A stretch of DNA of 10,680 nucleotides from Gemmatimonadota bacterium. Lineage in GTDB: Bacteria; Gemmatimonadota; Gemmatimonadetes; Longimicrobiales; Gaopeijiaceae. The notes under the pieces are model-generated. The model worked only from the letters and a program-made list of their open reading frames with translations, searched no databases and was not told where the DNA came from. The stretch spans positions 1-10,680 of the forward strand of contig JBDHHQ010000133.1 in assembly GCA_039589315.1 (NCBI GenBank). Direction: 5' to 3'. Shown piece after piece: positions 1 through 7,905 of this stretch (position 1 is its first letter; each line of letters begins with the position of its first letter). Made by a program: the position numbers and the translations under genes.

Positions 1-74
1 CCAGGGGGTGGCGACGAGGTGGCTCGCGTTTCGCGGGGAAGGACAGAGTGAGGAGGGAAGGGGGCCCGGTCAAG

Positions 75-108
75 CTGGTGCGGCCCTGGCCCGACGGCTC
101 GGCACCAG
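75..108. terminator. GC-rich inverted repeat immediately after the coxF stop; possible 3'-end hairpin
   Basis: CTGGTGC (75-81) / GCACCAG (102-108) arms with partial inner pairing, 2 nt downstream of the TGA at 111. No U-tract, so not a canonical intrinsic terminator. Confidence 0.25.
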
Positions 109-110
109 AA

Positions 111-1169
111 TCACACCTGCGGCAGGAGGTAAGCCTCGGGATCGGCGATGAAGCTGGCTCTGCAGCCGCCACAGCAGAAGTAGTAGGTTCGCCCTTCGTG
201 CTCGTGCGTGTGGAGGGCGTCTTCCACCCGGACGGTCATCTTGCAGATCGGATCGAGGGCGGTTTCGACGTCCTGTGCCTGCGGAGGCGGGGGGCCGGCC
301 CCCATCGCCGCCGCCCCAGCCGCCTGAGTCGCCGTGGGGCGAACCGTCACGTCGGGGGAATCGCGCTCCGTGCCCTCGGACCACGCCACCGCCTCCAGCC
401 CCCGCCGCACCTGTACGATCTCGGCCATGATCGAGAGGGCGATCTCGTCGCCGCGCGTTGCGCCGATGTCCAAACCTGCAGGGAACTTGACTCTTGTGAT
501 ATCATCTTCTGCGACACCATCCAATCGGAGCGCCTCCATCACCGCATCCCCCCTCTTGCGGCTGGCCACCAGGCCGACGTACGGCGCGCCTGTGGCGAGC
601 ACCTCCGCGAGCGCCGGCTCGTCGTAGTCGCCGTGCGTGGCGACGACCACGAAGGTCAGGGGGGCCACCAGGTCCGGGATGTCGCCCAGGTCCTGGACGA
701 CCTGGTCGGCGTGGGCCATGGCGTCACCCCTCTCGGGATCGACGGCCGTGACCCCGTAGCTCAGCGCGCGCCCCAGGTGGGCCAGCGCCTGGGCCACGGG
801 TAGGCTGCCCACGAGGAGGAGTTGCGGCCTCGGCTGATGCGGCTCGATGAAGATGTCCAACGTCCCTCCGCTGAAGCAGGTCATGGGGACCTCCACCATG
901 CCTTCGGGCAGAGCCCCGGCGCCCGGATCCGGGGAGAGGCGGATGAGACGGCTCCTGTTGTCCTCCAGGGCCGCCAGGGCTTCTCTGACCACCGTGGGTT
1001 GGGCGCAACTCCCTCCGATCCAACCGTGCATGACCCCGTCTGCCGTCACCAGAGCCCGGTCTCCGGGCTTGCCCGACGTGGGTCTTTCGGCCCGGACGAC
1101 GACCGCCGTGGCAAAGGGGCGGCCGGCCTTGGTCAGCTCGTGAGCCGTCTGAAAGAACTCGTCGAACAT
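111..1169 (-). CDS. coxF: XdhC/CoxF-family molybdenum cofactor insertion chaperone with C-terminal YHS (TRASH-like) domain, 352 aa
   Basis: Start trimmed from ORF 111..1271 to ATG at 1169 (MFDEFF...), 14 nt after the coxL stop. XdhC N-domain (ATAVVVRAERPTSGKPGD...GWIGGSCAQP...MTCFSGGTLDIFIEP), Rossmann-like XdhC_C (LLLVGSLPVA...VVVATHG...YVGLVASRKR...PAGLDIGA...EIALSIMAEI), Ala/Pro linker, then YHS motif DPICKMTV...YYFCCGGCRASFIADPEAY. Family call is strong; exact orthology to CoxF rather than CoxI is less certain. Confidence 0.88.
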   Translation of the reverse strand: MFDEFFQTAHELTKAGRPFATAVVVRAERPTSGKPGDRALVTADGVMHGWIGGSCAQPTVVREALAALEDNRSRLIRLSPDPGAGALPEGMVEVPMTCFSGGTLDIFIEPHQPRPQLLLVGSLPVAQALAHLGRALSYGVTAVDPERGDAMAHADQVVQDLGDIPDLVAPLTFVVVATHGDYDEPALAEVLATGAPYVGLVASRKRGDAVMEALRLDGVAEDDITRVKFPAGLDIGATRGDEIALSIMAEIVQVRRGLEAVAWSEGTERDSPDVTVRPTATQAAGAAAMGAGPPPPQAQDVETALDPICKMTVRVEDALHTHEHEGRTYYFCCGGCRASFIADPEAYLLPQV

Positions 1170-1194
1170 CGGACTACGATCCGCTAGTCGTTCA
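1163..1194 (-). promoter_or_regulatory. Predicted mRNA hairpin covering the coxL stop and the coxF start codon
   Basis: mRNA 5'-UGAAC GACUA gcggaucg UAGUC cgau GUUCG-3': a 5-bp upper stem plus a 4-5-bp lower stem with a 4-nt bulge. Found by eye, not folded computationally. Confidence 0.4.
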
Positions 1195-3619
1195 CGCCCG
1201 CGTTCCGGAGCGCCCGCCACACCTTTTCGGGCGTGATGGGAATGTCGATGTGCCGCACGCCCAGGTGCCACAACGCGTCCACCACCGCGTTGGCGATGGC
1301 CGGTGGTGCTCCCACCGTGGGGGACTCACCCACGCCCTTGGCGCCGAGGGGGTGGTGGGGCGACGGCGTGATGGTCTTGCCGAGCTCCCACTTCGGTGAT
1401 TCCACGGCGGTGGGGACCAGGTAGTCGGCCAAAGTCCCCGTGAGGTTCTGCCCGTACTCGTCGTAGACGATCTCCTCGTAGAGGGCGGGCGCGAGCCCCT
1501 GGGTCAGGCCTCCCTCGATCTGCCCCTCCACCACCATGGGATTGATGATGTGGCCGCAGTCGTCCACTGCAACGAACCGCCGGACGTGTACCTCGCCCGT
1601 TCCCTTGTCGATGTCCACGACGCAGATGTAGCTGCCGAAGGGGAAGGTCAGGTTCGGTGGGTCGTAGTAGTCGGTGGCCTCGAGGCCGGCTTCCATGCCC
1701 TGGGGGTGATTCGTGTAGGCGGCGAAGGAGATCTCCTGGATCGTCTTGTGCTGGTCCGGCGATCCCTTCACCTGCCAGCGGTCGGTCTCCCACTCCAGGT
1801 CGTCCTCACCCACCTCCAGCAGATAGGCGGCGATCTTCCGCGCCTTGGCCTTGATCTTCCGGGCCGCCATGGCGCCCGCCGCGCCTGCGGTGGGCGTCGA
1901 ACGGCTGGCATACGTGCCCAGCCCGTAGGGCGCCGTGTCGGTGTCGCCTTCCTCGACCTCGATGTCGGCCGCGGGAATTCCCAGCTCTTCGGCGATGATC
2001 TGGGCGTAGGTCGTCTCGTGGCCCTGGCCCTGAGACTTGGTGCCGAAGCGAGCGATGGCCTTGCCCGTCGGGTGGATCCGGATCTCGGCCGAGTCGAACA
2101 TCTTGATGCCCAGGATGTCGAAGTCCCTGGACGGGCCGGCGCCCACCACCTCGGTGAAGCTCGAGATGCCGATGCCCATGAGCTCGCCACGGGCCCGTTT
2201 CTCGGCCTGCTCCTGGCGGAGCGCCCGGTAGTCGAGCATGTCCATGGCCTTCTGGAGCGCGGCCTCGTAGTTCCCGGAGTCGTACTCCCAGCCGGTGGGC
2301 GACTCATAGGGGAACTGGTCCGGCCCGATGAAGTTTCGCAGGCGGAAGTCGGCGGGGTCCTCACCCCTCTCGTGGGCCATGATGTCGGCCATGCGCTCGA
2401 TCATGTGCACCGCCTCGGTGACCCGGAACGAGCACCGGTATGCCACGCCGCCCGGCGGCTTGTTGGTGTAGACGCCGTCCACCGCTACGTGGGCAGCTTT
2501 CATGTCGTATGAGCCCGTGCAGATGCTGTACAGCCCGGCGGGGAACTTGGACGGGTTGGCGGCCGCGTCGGCCGCGCCGTTGTCCGCCAGGGTCTTGACC
2601 CGCAGACCCGTTATCCTGCCGTCGGCGTCCGCCGCCATCTGAGCCTTGATGTGGTAGTCCCGGGCGAAGCTGTCGGCCTGGAGGTTCTCGCTCCGGTCCT
2701 CGATCCACTTGACCGGCTTGCCAGTCACGAGGCTGGCGACGGCGCACACCACGTAGCCCGGATACACGGGCACCTTACCGCCGAACCCACCGCCGATGTC
2801 CGGCGAGATCACCTGGATCTTCTGTTCAGGCAGGCCGCTCACCAGGGCGAATACGGTACGGATGGCGTGGGGTGCCTGGGTGGTCATGTAGAGCTGCATC
2901 TTCCCCATGACCGGGTCGTAGTTCGCCACCATCCCGCACGTCTCGATGGACGCAACGTGGATGCGCGGGATGTGCATGCTCTCCTCGACCACCGTGGCGG
3001 CCTCGGCGAACACCTGGTCGGTGGCGGCCTCGTCCCCCGCCTCCCAATGCCAGATGTGGTTGGTCTTCTCTTCCTTGTCGTCCCGAACGATGATCTCGTC
3101 CTTCATGGCCTCGAACGGATCCACGACGGGGTCCAGCGGCTCGTAGTCGACGAATACCTTCTCGATGGCGTCGGCGGCGATGTACCGCTCGGTGGCGACG
3201 ACGGCGCAGACCTCCTGCGCGTAGTAGACCACCTTGTCGATGGGCAGGACCATCTGGGTGTCCGACATCAGCGTGGGCATCCAGTGGAGGTCGCCCGCCT
3301 CCTGGAGGTCCTTTCCGGTGATCACGGCCAGCACCCCCGGAGTGGCCAACGCCTCGCTGGCGTCGATGCTCAGGATCTTGGCGTGGGCGTACGGGCTGCG
3401 GACGATGTCCATGTAGAGCATGCCCGGCAGCTTGATATCGTCCACGTACCGGCCCTTGCCCTGGATGAAGCGGGGATCCTCCTTGCGCTTCATGCGGTGG
3501 CCCATGCCACAGATGGTGTCGGGCGTGGTGACGCGGACATCATCGGTCGTCTCCACCGTCGCGGAGGCGCCTTCGGGCACCGGGTGCATCTCCTGTCGGC
3601 TGTCGGGATTGTGCGTCAT
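1184..3619 (-). CDS. coxL: Aerobic carbon monoxide dehydrogenase large (Mo-Cu) subunit, form I, 811 aa
   Basis: Start at ATG 3619 (ATGA overlap with the coxS stop, SD GGAGGTG at 3625-3631); the extension to 4123 in the ORF track is spurious. Motifs: [45 protein letters not shown] (2423-2443, Cu-ligating Cys), [28 protein letters not shown] (catalytic Glu). Confidence 0.97.
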   Translation of the reverse strand: MTHNPDSRQEMHPVPEGASATVETTDDVRVTTPDTICGMGHRMKRKEDPRFIQGKGRYVDDIKLPGMLYMDIVRSPYAHAKILSIDASEALATPGVLAVITGKDLQEAGDLHWMPTLMSDTQMVLPIDKVVYYAQEVCAVVATERYIAADAIEKVFVDYEPLDPVVDPFEAMKDEIIVRDDKEEKTNHIWHWEAGDEAATDQVFAEAATVVEESMHIPRIHVASIETCGMVANYDPVMGKMQLYMTTQAPHAIRTVFALVSGLPEQKIQVISPDIGGGFGGKVPVYPGYVVCAVASLVTGKPVKWIEDRSENLQADSFARDYHIKAQMAADADGRITGLRVKTLADNGAADAAANPSKFPAGLYSICTGSYDMKAAHVAVDGVYTNKPPGGVAYRCSFRVTEAVHMIERMADIMAHERGEDPADFRLRNFIGPDQFPYESPTGWEYDSGNYEAALQKAMDMLDYRALRQEQAEKRARGELMGIGISSFTEVVGAGPSRDFDILGIKMFDSAEIRIHPTGKAIARFGTKSQGQGHETTYAQIIAEELGIPAADIEVEEGDTDTAPYGLGTYASRSTPTAGAAGAMAARKIKAKARKIAAYLLEVGEDDLEWETDRWQVKGSPDQHKTIQEISFAAYTNHPQGMEAGLEATDYYDPPNLTFPFGSYICVVDIDKGTGEVHVRRFVAVDDCGHIINPMVVEGQIEGGLTQGLAPALYEEIVYDEYGQNLTGTLADYLVPTAVESPKWELGKTITPSPHHPLGAKGVGESPTVGAPPAIANAVVDALWHLGVRHIDIPITPEKVWRALRNAGVND

Positions 3620-4116
3620 GCCACCACCTCCTCGGTGGACTCCTGCGCTCGGAGCTTCTCGGCCGCGTACTGGATGGCCTCGACGATCTTGTTGTAGCCC
3701 GTGCACCGGCAGAGGTTGCCGGAGATGCCCCAGCGGATCTCGTCCTCGCTGGGGCTGGGGTTGTTGGCCAGCAGCTCCTTGGCCGTCATGATCATCCCTG
3801 GCGTGCAGTAGCCGCACTGGAGACCGTGCTTCTCCCAGAATCCCTCCTGGAGGGGGTGGAGCTCGCCGCCCGCCGCCAGGCCCTCGATGGTCTCCACGGT
3901 CCCGCCGTCGGCCTGGACCGCGAAGACGGTGCAGGACTTCACGGCGGTCCCGTTCAGGTGGACGGTGCAGGCCCCGCAGTTCGTGGTGTCGCAGCCGATG
4001 TGGGTGCCGGTGAGGTCCAGGTCCTCTCGGACGAAGTGCACCAGGAGAGTGCGGGCGTCGACCTCCCGCGTCACCTCCTGGCCATTGACGGTGACCGTCA
4101 CGGTATGCTTGCTCAT
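3616..4116 (-). CDS. coxS: Carbon monoxide dehydrogenase small subunit (2x[2Fe-2S]), 166 aa
   Basis: Start ATG 4116 (MSKHTV...) overlapping the coxM stop (ATGA), SD GGAGGTG at 4121-4127. Fe-S motifs [12 protein letters not shown]...KSC and QCGYCTPGM...GNLCRCTGY. Confidence 0.96.
   Translation of the reverse strand: MSKHTVTVTVNGQEVTREVDARTLLVHFVREDLDLTGTHIGCDTTNCGACTVHLNGTAVKSCTVFAVQADGGTVETIEGLAAGGELHPLQEGFWEKHGLQCGYCTPGMIMTAKELLANNPSPSEDEIRWGISGNLCRCTGYNKIVEAIQYAAEKLRAQESTEEVVA
3625..3631 (-). promoter_or_regulatory. Strong Shine-Dalgarno GGAGGTG for coxL (inside the coxS 3' end)
   Basis: Plus-strand cacctcc, 5 nt from ATG 3619. Confidence 0.8.
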
Positions 4117-4988
4117 GATCCACCTCCCTGGGCCCGCTCCATGGCCGTTCGAATGGCCCGTTTCACGAGCACTCGCGTCACGTCCCGCTTGTATTCGACG
4201 CTCCCGCGCAGGTCCGCCGAGGGGTCGCACTCCTGCGCTGCGGCTCGGCCCGCAGCCTCGATGGCGTCGTCGGTGAGGGCATTGCCCACGAGGGCTGCTT
4301 CGGCGCCCGTGGCCCGCCTGGGCACGGCGCTGACGTTGGTGAGTCCGATGCGCGCCGCCGTGCAGCTTCCGCCGCTGACGGTGAGGTTGACGGCTGCCGC
4401 AGAGATGGCGTAGTCGCCCACCTTGCGCTCCATCTTCACGTAGGCCGAACCGGAGCTCGGACCGGGGACGGGGATCCGGACCTCGACGAGGAGCTCATTG
4501 GGTGCCAGGGCGCTCTCGAAGAGTCCGACGAAGAAGTCGTCCACCCCGATCTCCCGGGTGCCGGAAGGCCCCTGGGCCACGAGGGTGGCACCGTACGCGA
4601 GCATCACGGCCGGGTGATCGTTGGCCGGGTCGGCATGGGCAAGGTTGCCGCCGAGCGTGCCCCGGTTTCGTACGAGCGGATCGGCGATGAGCCGGCCCGC
4701 GTCGGCAAGCATGGGGAATCGCTCCAGTACGACCGCCGAGTGCTCCAGCTCGGCCTCGCGGGTCATGGCGCCCACCGCCAGGTGGTTGCCCGCGTCCCGG
4801 ATGTACGAGAGGTCCGCGATACCGTTGATGTCGATCAGCGCCTCGGGCGCCGCCAGGCGAAAGCGCATGGCCGGGATCAAGCTGTGGCCGCCGGCCAGGA
4901 TCTTGGCGTCCTCACCAAGCCGGTCCAGGAGTCCCACTGCCTCGGCCACCGAGGCCGGCGCGTGGTACTCGAACTCTCCAGGGATCAC
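4113..4988 (-). CDS. coxM: Carbon monoxide dehydrogenase medium (FAD-binding) subunit, 291 aa
   Basis: GTG start with SD GGAGGTG at 4994-5000. [12 protein letters not shown]-terminus, FAD-binding AGGHSLIP and [19 protein letters not shown]-terminal [10 protein letters not shown]. Confidence 0.96.
   Translation of the reverse strand: MIPGEFEYHAPASVAEAVGLLDRLGEDAKILAGGHSLIPAMRFRLAAPEALIDINGIADLSYIRDAGNHLAVGAMTREAELEHSAVVLERFPMLADAGRLIADPLVRNRGTLGGNLAHADPANDHPAVMLAYGATLVAQGPSGTREIGVDDFFVGLFESALAPNELLVEVRIPVPGPSSGSAYVKMERKVGDYAISAAAVNLTVSGGSCTAARIGLTNVSAVPRRATGAEAALVGNALTDDAIEAAGRAAAQECDPSADLRGSVEYKRDVTRVLVKRAIRTAMERAQGGGS
4121..4127 (-). promoter_or_regulatory. Strong Shine-Dalgarno GGAGGTG for coxS (inside the coxM 3' end)
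   Basis: Plus-strand cacctcc, 4 nt from ATG 4116. Confidence 0.75.
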
Positions 4989-4993
4989 GTGAG

Positions 4994-5000
4994 CACCTCC
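4994..5000 (-). promoter_or_regulatory. Strong Shine-Dalgarno GGAGGTG for coxM
   Basis: Plus-strand cacctcc, 5 nt from the GTG start. Confidence 0.8.
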
Positions 5001-5043
5001 GTTGAGGGGTCTGAATCGAAGTCGCTCGAAAGCGGATCGCTCA

Positions 5044-5670
5044 TCAGGTAACGAGCGTGTAGAGCACGAACAGAACCAGCGCCAGGATCACGACGATGCC
5101 GACCGTCCGAACTGGAGCTGGGATCAGGTCTTTGGCCACCTCTTTGGCCACGGCGGCGGCGAACTCGGCCTGGGAGGGGGCTGCGTCAGCGGGTGGAGGC
5201 GGCGCTTCTTCCCCGGCCTCCTCTGCTGCGACACGGGCGACCACGGCGTTGTTCAAGCCGTCCATGGTCTGCTTGATGATGGCCTTGGCCGAGCTTTCTA
5301 TCAGGCGCTGGCCCACGCTGGCGAGGCGGCCGCCGACCTGAGCGTCACCATCGTACGTCAGGTTCGTCTGCCCGCCATCCGCCGCCAGACGCAGGTTGCC
5401 CGTGGCCTTCACGAACCCGGGCGCTCCGCGTCCGTCCACCTTCATCGTGTAGGCGTTGGGCTTCTCGATGTTCACGAGGTTGACCTTGGCGCTGAAATTC
5501 CCCTGAACCGGGCCCACCTTGATCTTCAGATCGCCCTCGTACTCGTCTTCTCCCACGAGCTCCAGCTTCTCGCACCCGGGGAGCACGGAAGCCAGCACCT
5601 CGGGATCGAGTAGCGTATCCCAGACCAGATCCTGGGACCCTTCGAAGACGTAGTCGCCGCTCACGTTCAT
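5044..5670 (-). CDS. coxG: CoxG, SRPBCC/START-fold CODH membrane anchor / quinone-associated protein, 208 aa
   Basis: Start trimmed to ATG 5670 (MNVSGDY...), AAGGA at 5678-5682. VWDTLLDPEVLASVLPGCEKL, KVGPV, VGGRLASVGQRLI are typical of CoxG. These are followed by an Ala/Glu/Pro linker and a C-terminal hydrophobic helix (VGIVVILALVLFVLYTLVT). Ends with tandem TGA TGA. Confidence 0.92.
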   Translation of the reverse strand: MNVSGDYVFEGSQDLVWDTLLDPEVLASVLPGCEKLELVGEDEYEGDLKIKVGPVQGNFSAKVNLVNIEKPNAYTMKVDGRGAPGFVKATGNLRLAADGGQTNLTYDGDAQVGGRLASVGQRLIESSAKAIIKQTMDGLNNAVVARVAAEEAGEEAPPPPADAAPSQAEFAAAVAKEVAKDLIPAPVRTVGIVVILALVLFVLYTLVT

Positions 5671-5710
5671 CGGGTTGTCCTTCTTCGACGTTGGAGGGAC
5701 GGCCGCAAGC

Positions 5711-6982
5711 TCATCGTCCAGGCTGAGCCCCGGAGGCCTCGCGTCCACCGGGAGGTCGGGCTCCCGGACTGCGACGCGCCGGCGGGATTCGGGCCAGGAC
5801 GCGCGCGAAATCCTGCAGTGCCTGGACATTATGGATCGGAAGGAAGCGATCCACAAATGGGAGCGCCGCGGTCATTCCGGCGACCCTGGCCTCGTAGCGC
5901 TCGTTGCCCAGATAGGGGTTCAGCCAGACGAGGCGATGACAGCGATGCTGGAGGTATCGCATCTCTCTGGCCAGCACCTCGCTATCGTCCCGGTCGCAGC
6001 CGTCGCTGATGATGACGACCACCGCCCCCCGTCGCAGCAGCCGTCGGGCCCAGCGCCGGTTGAACTCCGCCAGACACGCCCCGATCCGGGTCCCCCCGGC
6101 CCAGTCGGCGACCTCGCGGGTGGCTTCATCCAGCGCCCGGTCCACGTTGCGCACCCGGAGCTGTGGGGTGATCCGAGACAACCGGGTGGCGAACACGAAG
6201 GTCTCCACCCGGTCCAGCGAAGACACGACGGCGTGGAAGAACTGGAGGACCAGCCGCGAGTACCGCTCCATCGACCCGCTGATGTCCGCCAGGAGCACCA
6301 CCGGCCGTTGCTTCACCGCGCGGCTGCGACGGGGTAGGCGAGCGGGCATGGCGCCCAGACGACTGGCCCGCCGGAGCACGCGGCGGAGGTCCACGGTGGA
6401 CCCTGCGTCGTCCCGCACGTAGCGCCGCGTGACCCGAAGGCTCGCCGTCCAGTCGAGGTCCCGAATCAGCCGTTTGACGGTCTCGAGCTCCTCCGGCGTC
6501 ATCTCCGAAAACCACTTGCGCTTCAGGACCTCTTCGGAGGAAAACGCCCCCGAGCGGTCGACCACGTCCCTCTCCGGCAGGTCTTCCCGGGCCTTGAAGG
6601 CCATGAAGGTGGCGATGGTCAGGCCCGTCGAGGTCCGATGCCGAGGTGCCCGGGGCATGGTGCGGGGCTGGCTCCGGCCCTCGGGCTTCTCGCCCTGCCA
6701 GAACCAGTCGAAGAGCGTCTGAAAGAGGGCCAGGTCGTCCCTGCGGGTGACCAACAGCGACCGGGCGACCCGGAAGACCTGACGGCGGTCTTCCAGACCC
6801 ACCCATCCCAGGGCGCGGACCAGGTCGCCGAGCTGCTCCGTGGTTACCACGATTCCGGCCTTGCGCAGCACGCGGGCGAACTCGACCAGATTCTGGAGGA
6901 GCGCGCTCTCGTCCTCCCCTGCAGCGAATCGGTCAGGCGGCGGGATGAGCGGGTCGGTCACGTTGGGAGCCCCGGTCCTCAT
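5711..6982 (-). CDS. coxE: CoxE-family von Willebrand factor A domain protein, 423 aa
   Basis: ATG 6982 overlaps the coxD stop (ATGA). NLVEFARVLRKAGI N-terminus, MIDAS DISGSMERY, FVFATRLSRIT, WAGGTRIG, IISDG, LVWLNP. Confidence 0.92.
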   Translation of the reverse strand: MRTGAPNVTDPLIPPPDRFAAGEDESALLQNLVEFARVLRKAGIVVTTEQLGDLVRALGWVGLEDRRQVFRVARSLLVTRRDDLALFQTLFDWFWQGEKPEGRSQPRTMPRAPRHRTSTGLTIATFMAFKAREDLPERDVVDRSGAFSSEEVLKRKWFSEMTPEELETVKRLIRDLDWTASLRVTRRYVRDDAGSTVDLRRVLRRASRLGAMPARLPRRSRAVKQRPVVLLADISGSMERYSRLVLQFFHAVVSSLDRVETFVFATRLSRITPQLRVRNVDRALDEATREVADWAGGTRIGACLAEFNRRWARRLLRRGAVVVIISDGCDRDDSEVLAREMRYLQHRCHRLVWLNPYLGNERYEARVAGMTAALPFVDRFLPIHNVQALQDFARVLARIPPARRSPGARPPGGREASGAQPGR

Positions 6983-7905
6983 GCCTGGGAGAGGTCTGCC
7001 TGCGGGAGGTCCTCGAGCACTGCTGCCGTGGCGGCGCCGCGCACGGCGTCCACATCGTCCTGGTACTTGAGGAGGAGCCCGAGCGTCCTGTCCACGACGG
7101 TTGGGTCGAGTCGTTCCGCGCTCAGGTGCGTGAGGGCCCTCGCCCAGTCGAGTGACTCCGCGACCCCGGGGTTCTTGTACAGCTCCAGCTCCCGGAGCCG
7201 CTGAACGAACCCCACCACCTGGGTTGCCAGCCGCTCACCGGCCTCCGGCACCTTGGCCCGGAGAATGCGAAGCTCTCGCTCGAACGTGGGATAATCGATC
7301 CAGTGATAGATGCACCGCCGTTTGAGCGCGTCATGGATCTCTCGGGTTCGATTCGAGGTCACGACGGTGATGGGCGCGTGCTCGGCCTGGTACGTACCGA
7401 GCTCCGGGATGGTGATCTGGAAGTCTCCGAGCAGCTCGAGCAGGAACGACTCGAACTCCTCGTCCGCACGGTCGAGCTCGTCGATGAGCAATACCGGCGC
7501 CCGCTCATGGCTCTGGTCGATGGCCTGAAGGAGGGGCCGACGCAGCAGGAATTCCTCGGAGAAGATATCGATTGCGGCGCCGCCGTCCGCAGACCGTGCC
7601 CTCGCCTGGATCTCGATGAGCTGGTGGGGATAGTTCCACTCGTACACGGCATGGGTCACGTCCAGTCCCTCGTAGCACTGGAGCCGGATCAGCGGCGTGT
7701 TCAGCGCCTGAGAAAGGACCCGCGCGACCTCCGTCTTCCCCACGCCGGGCTCGCCCTCGAGGAACAGCGCCTTCTCCATCCGCAGCGCCAGGAAGATGCT
7801 GGTCGCCAGGTCGAGATCGGCGAAGTAGCCGTGCTCGGCGAGGCGGCTCCGGGTCGCTTCGATGGAATCGAGCATCCGACCCTCCGAGTCGATGGGTGTG
7901 CTCAC
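6979..7905 (-). CDS. coxD: CoxD, MoxR-family AAA+ ATPase, 308 aa
   Basis: Likely start GTG 7905 (GTGA overlap with the upstream stop, GAGGGAG 8 nt upstream); alternative ATG at 7875. Walker A GEPGVGKT, LIRLQCYEGLD, Walker B LLIDELDRADEEFE, TSNRTREIHDALKRRC, PGVAESLDWA. Confidence 0.94.
   Translation of the reverse strand: MSTPIDSEGRMLDSIEATRSRLAEHGYFADLDLATSIFLALRMEKALFLEGEPGVGKTEVARVLSQALNTPLIRLQCYEGLDVTHAVYEWNYPHQLIEIQARARSADGGAAIDIFSEEFLLRRPLLQAIDQSHERAPVLLIDELDRADEEFESFLLELLGDFQITIPELGTYQAEHAPITVVTSNRTREIHDALKRRCIYHWIDYPTFERELRILRAKVPEAGERLATQVVGFVQRLRELELYKNPGVAESLDWARALTHLSAERLDPTVVDRTLGLLLKYQDDVDAVRGAATAAVLEDLPQADLSQA

Noticed and set aside
1..51. Possible 3' end of a convergent plus-strand gene (frame 1, PGGGDEVARVSRGRTE, TGA at 49-51)
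   Set aside because: Only 16 codons are visible with no recognisable motif; cannot be supported from this window.
48..3697. Plus-strand ORFs 48..803, 1550..2512, 2651..3697 and similar
   Set aside because: Antisense to coxF and coxL, with Arg/Gly/Val/His-rich composition typical of reverse-frame translation and no family motifs.
3620..4123. Apparent 979-aa CoxL with a 168-aa N-terminal extension, or a CoxS-CoxL fusion
   Set aside because: The extension is an alternate-frame read of coxS (Arg/Pro/Gly-rich nonsense). The real start at 3619 has a perfect SD and an ATGA overlap.
1184..4988. Xanthine dehydrogenase or form II CODH-like annotation
   Set aside because: The AYRCSFR motif, MSL order and coxDEG context specify form I CODH.
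5023..5034. Mini-hairpin CGCT-TTCG-AGCG (UUCG loop) on the minus strand in the coxG-coxM spacer
   Set aside because: Only a 4-bp stem with a U-A closing pair and no U-tract; too weak to call a terminator or processing site.
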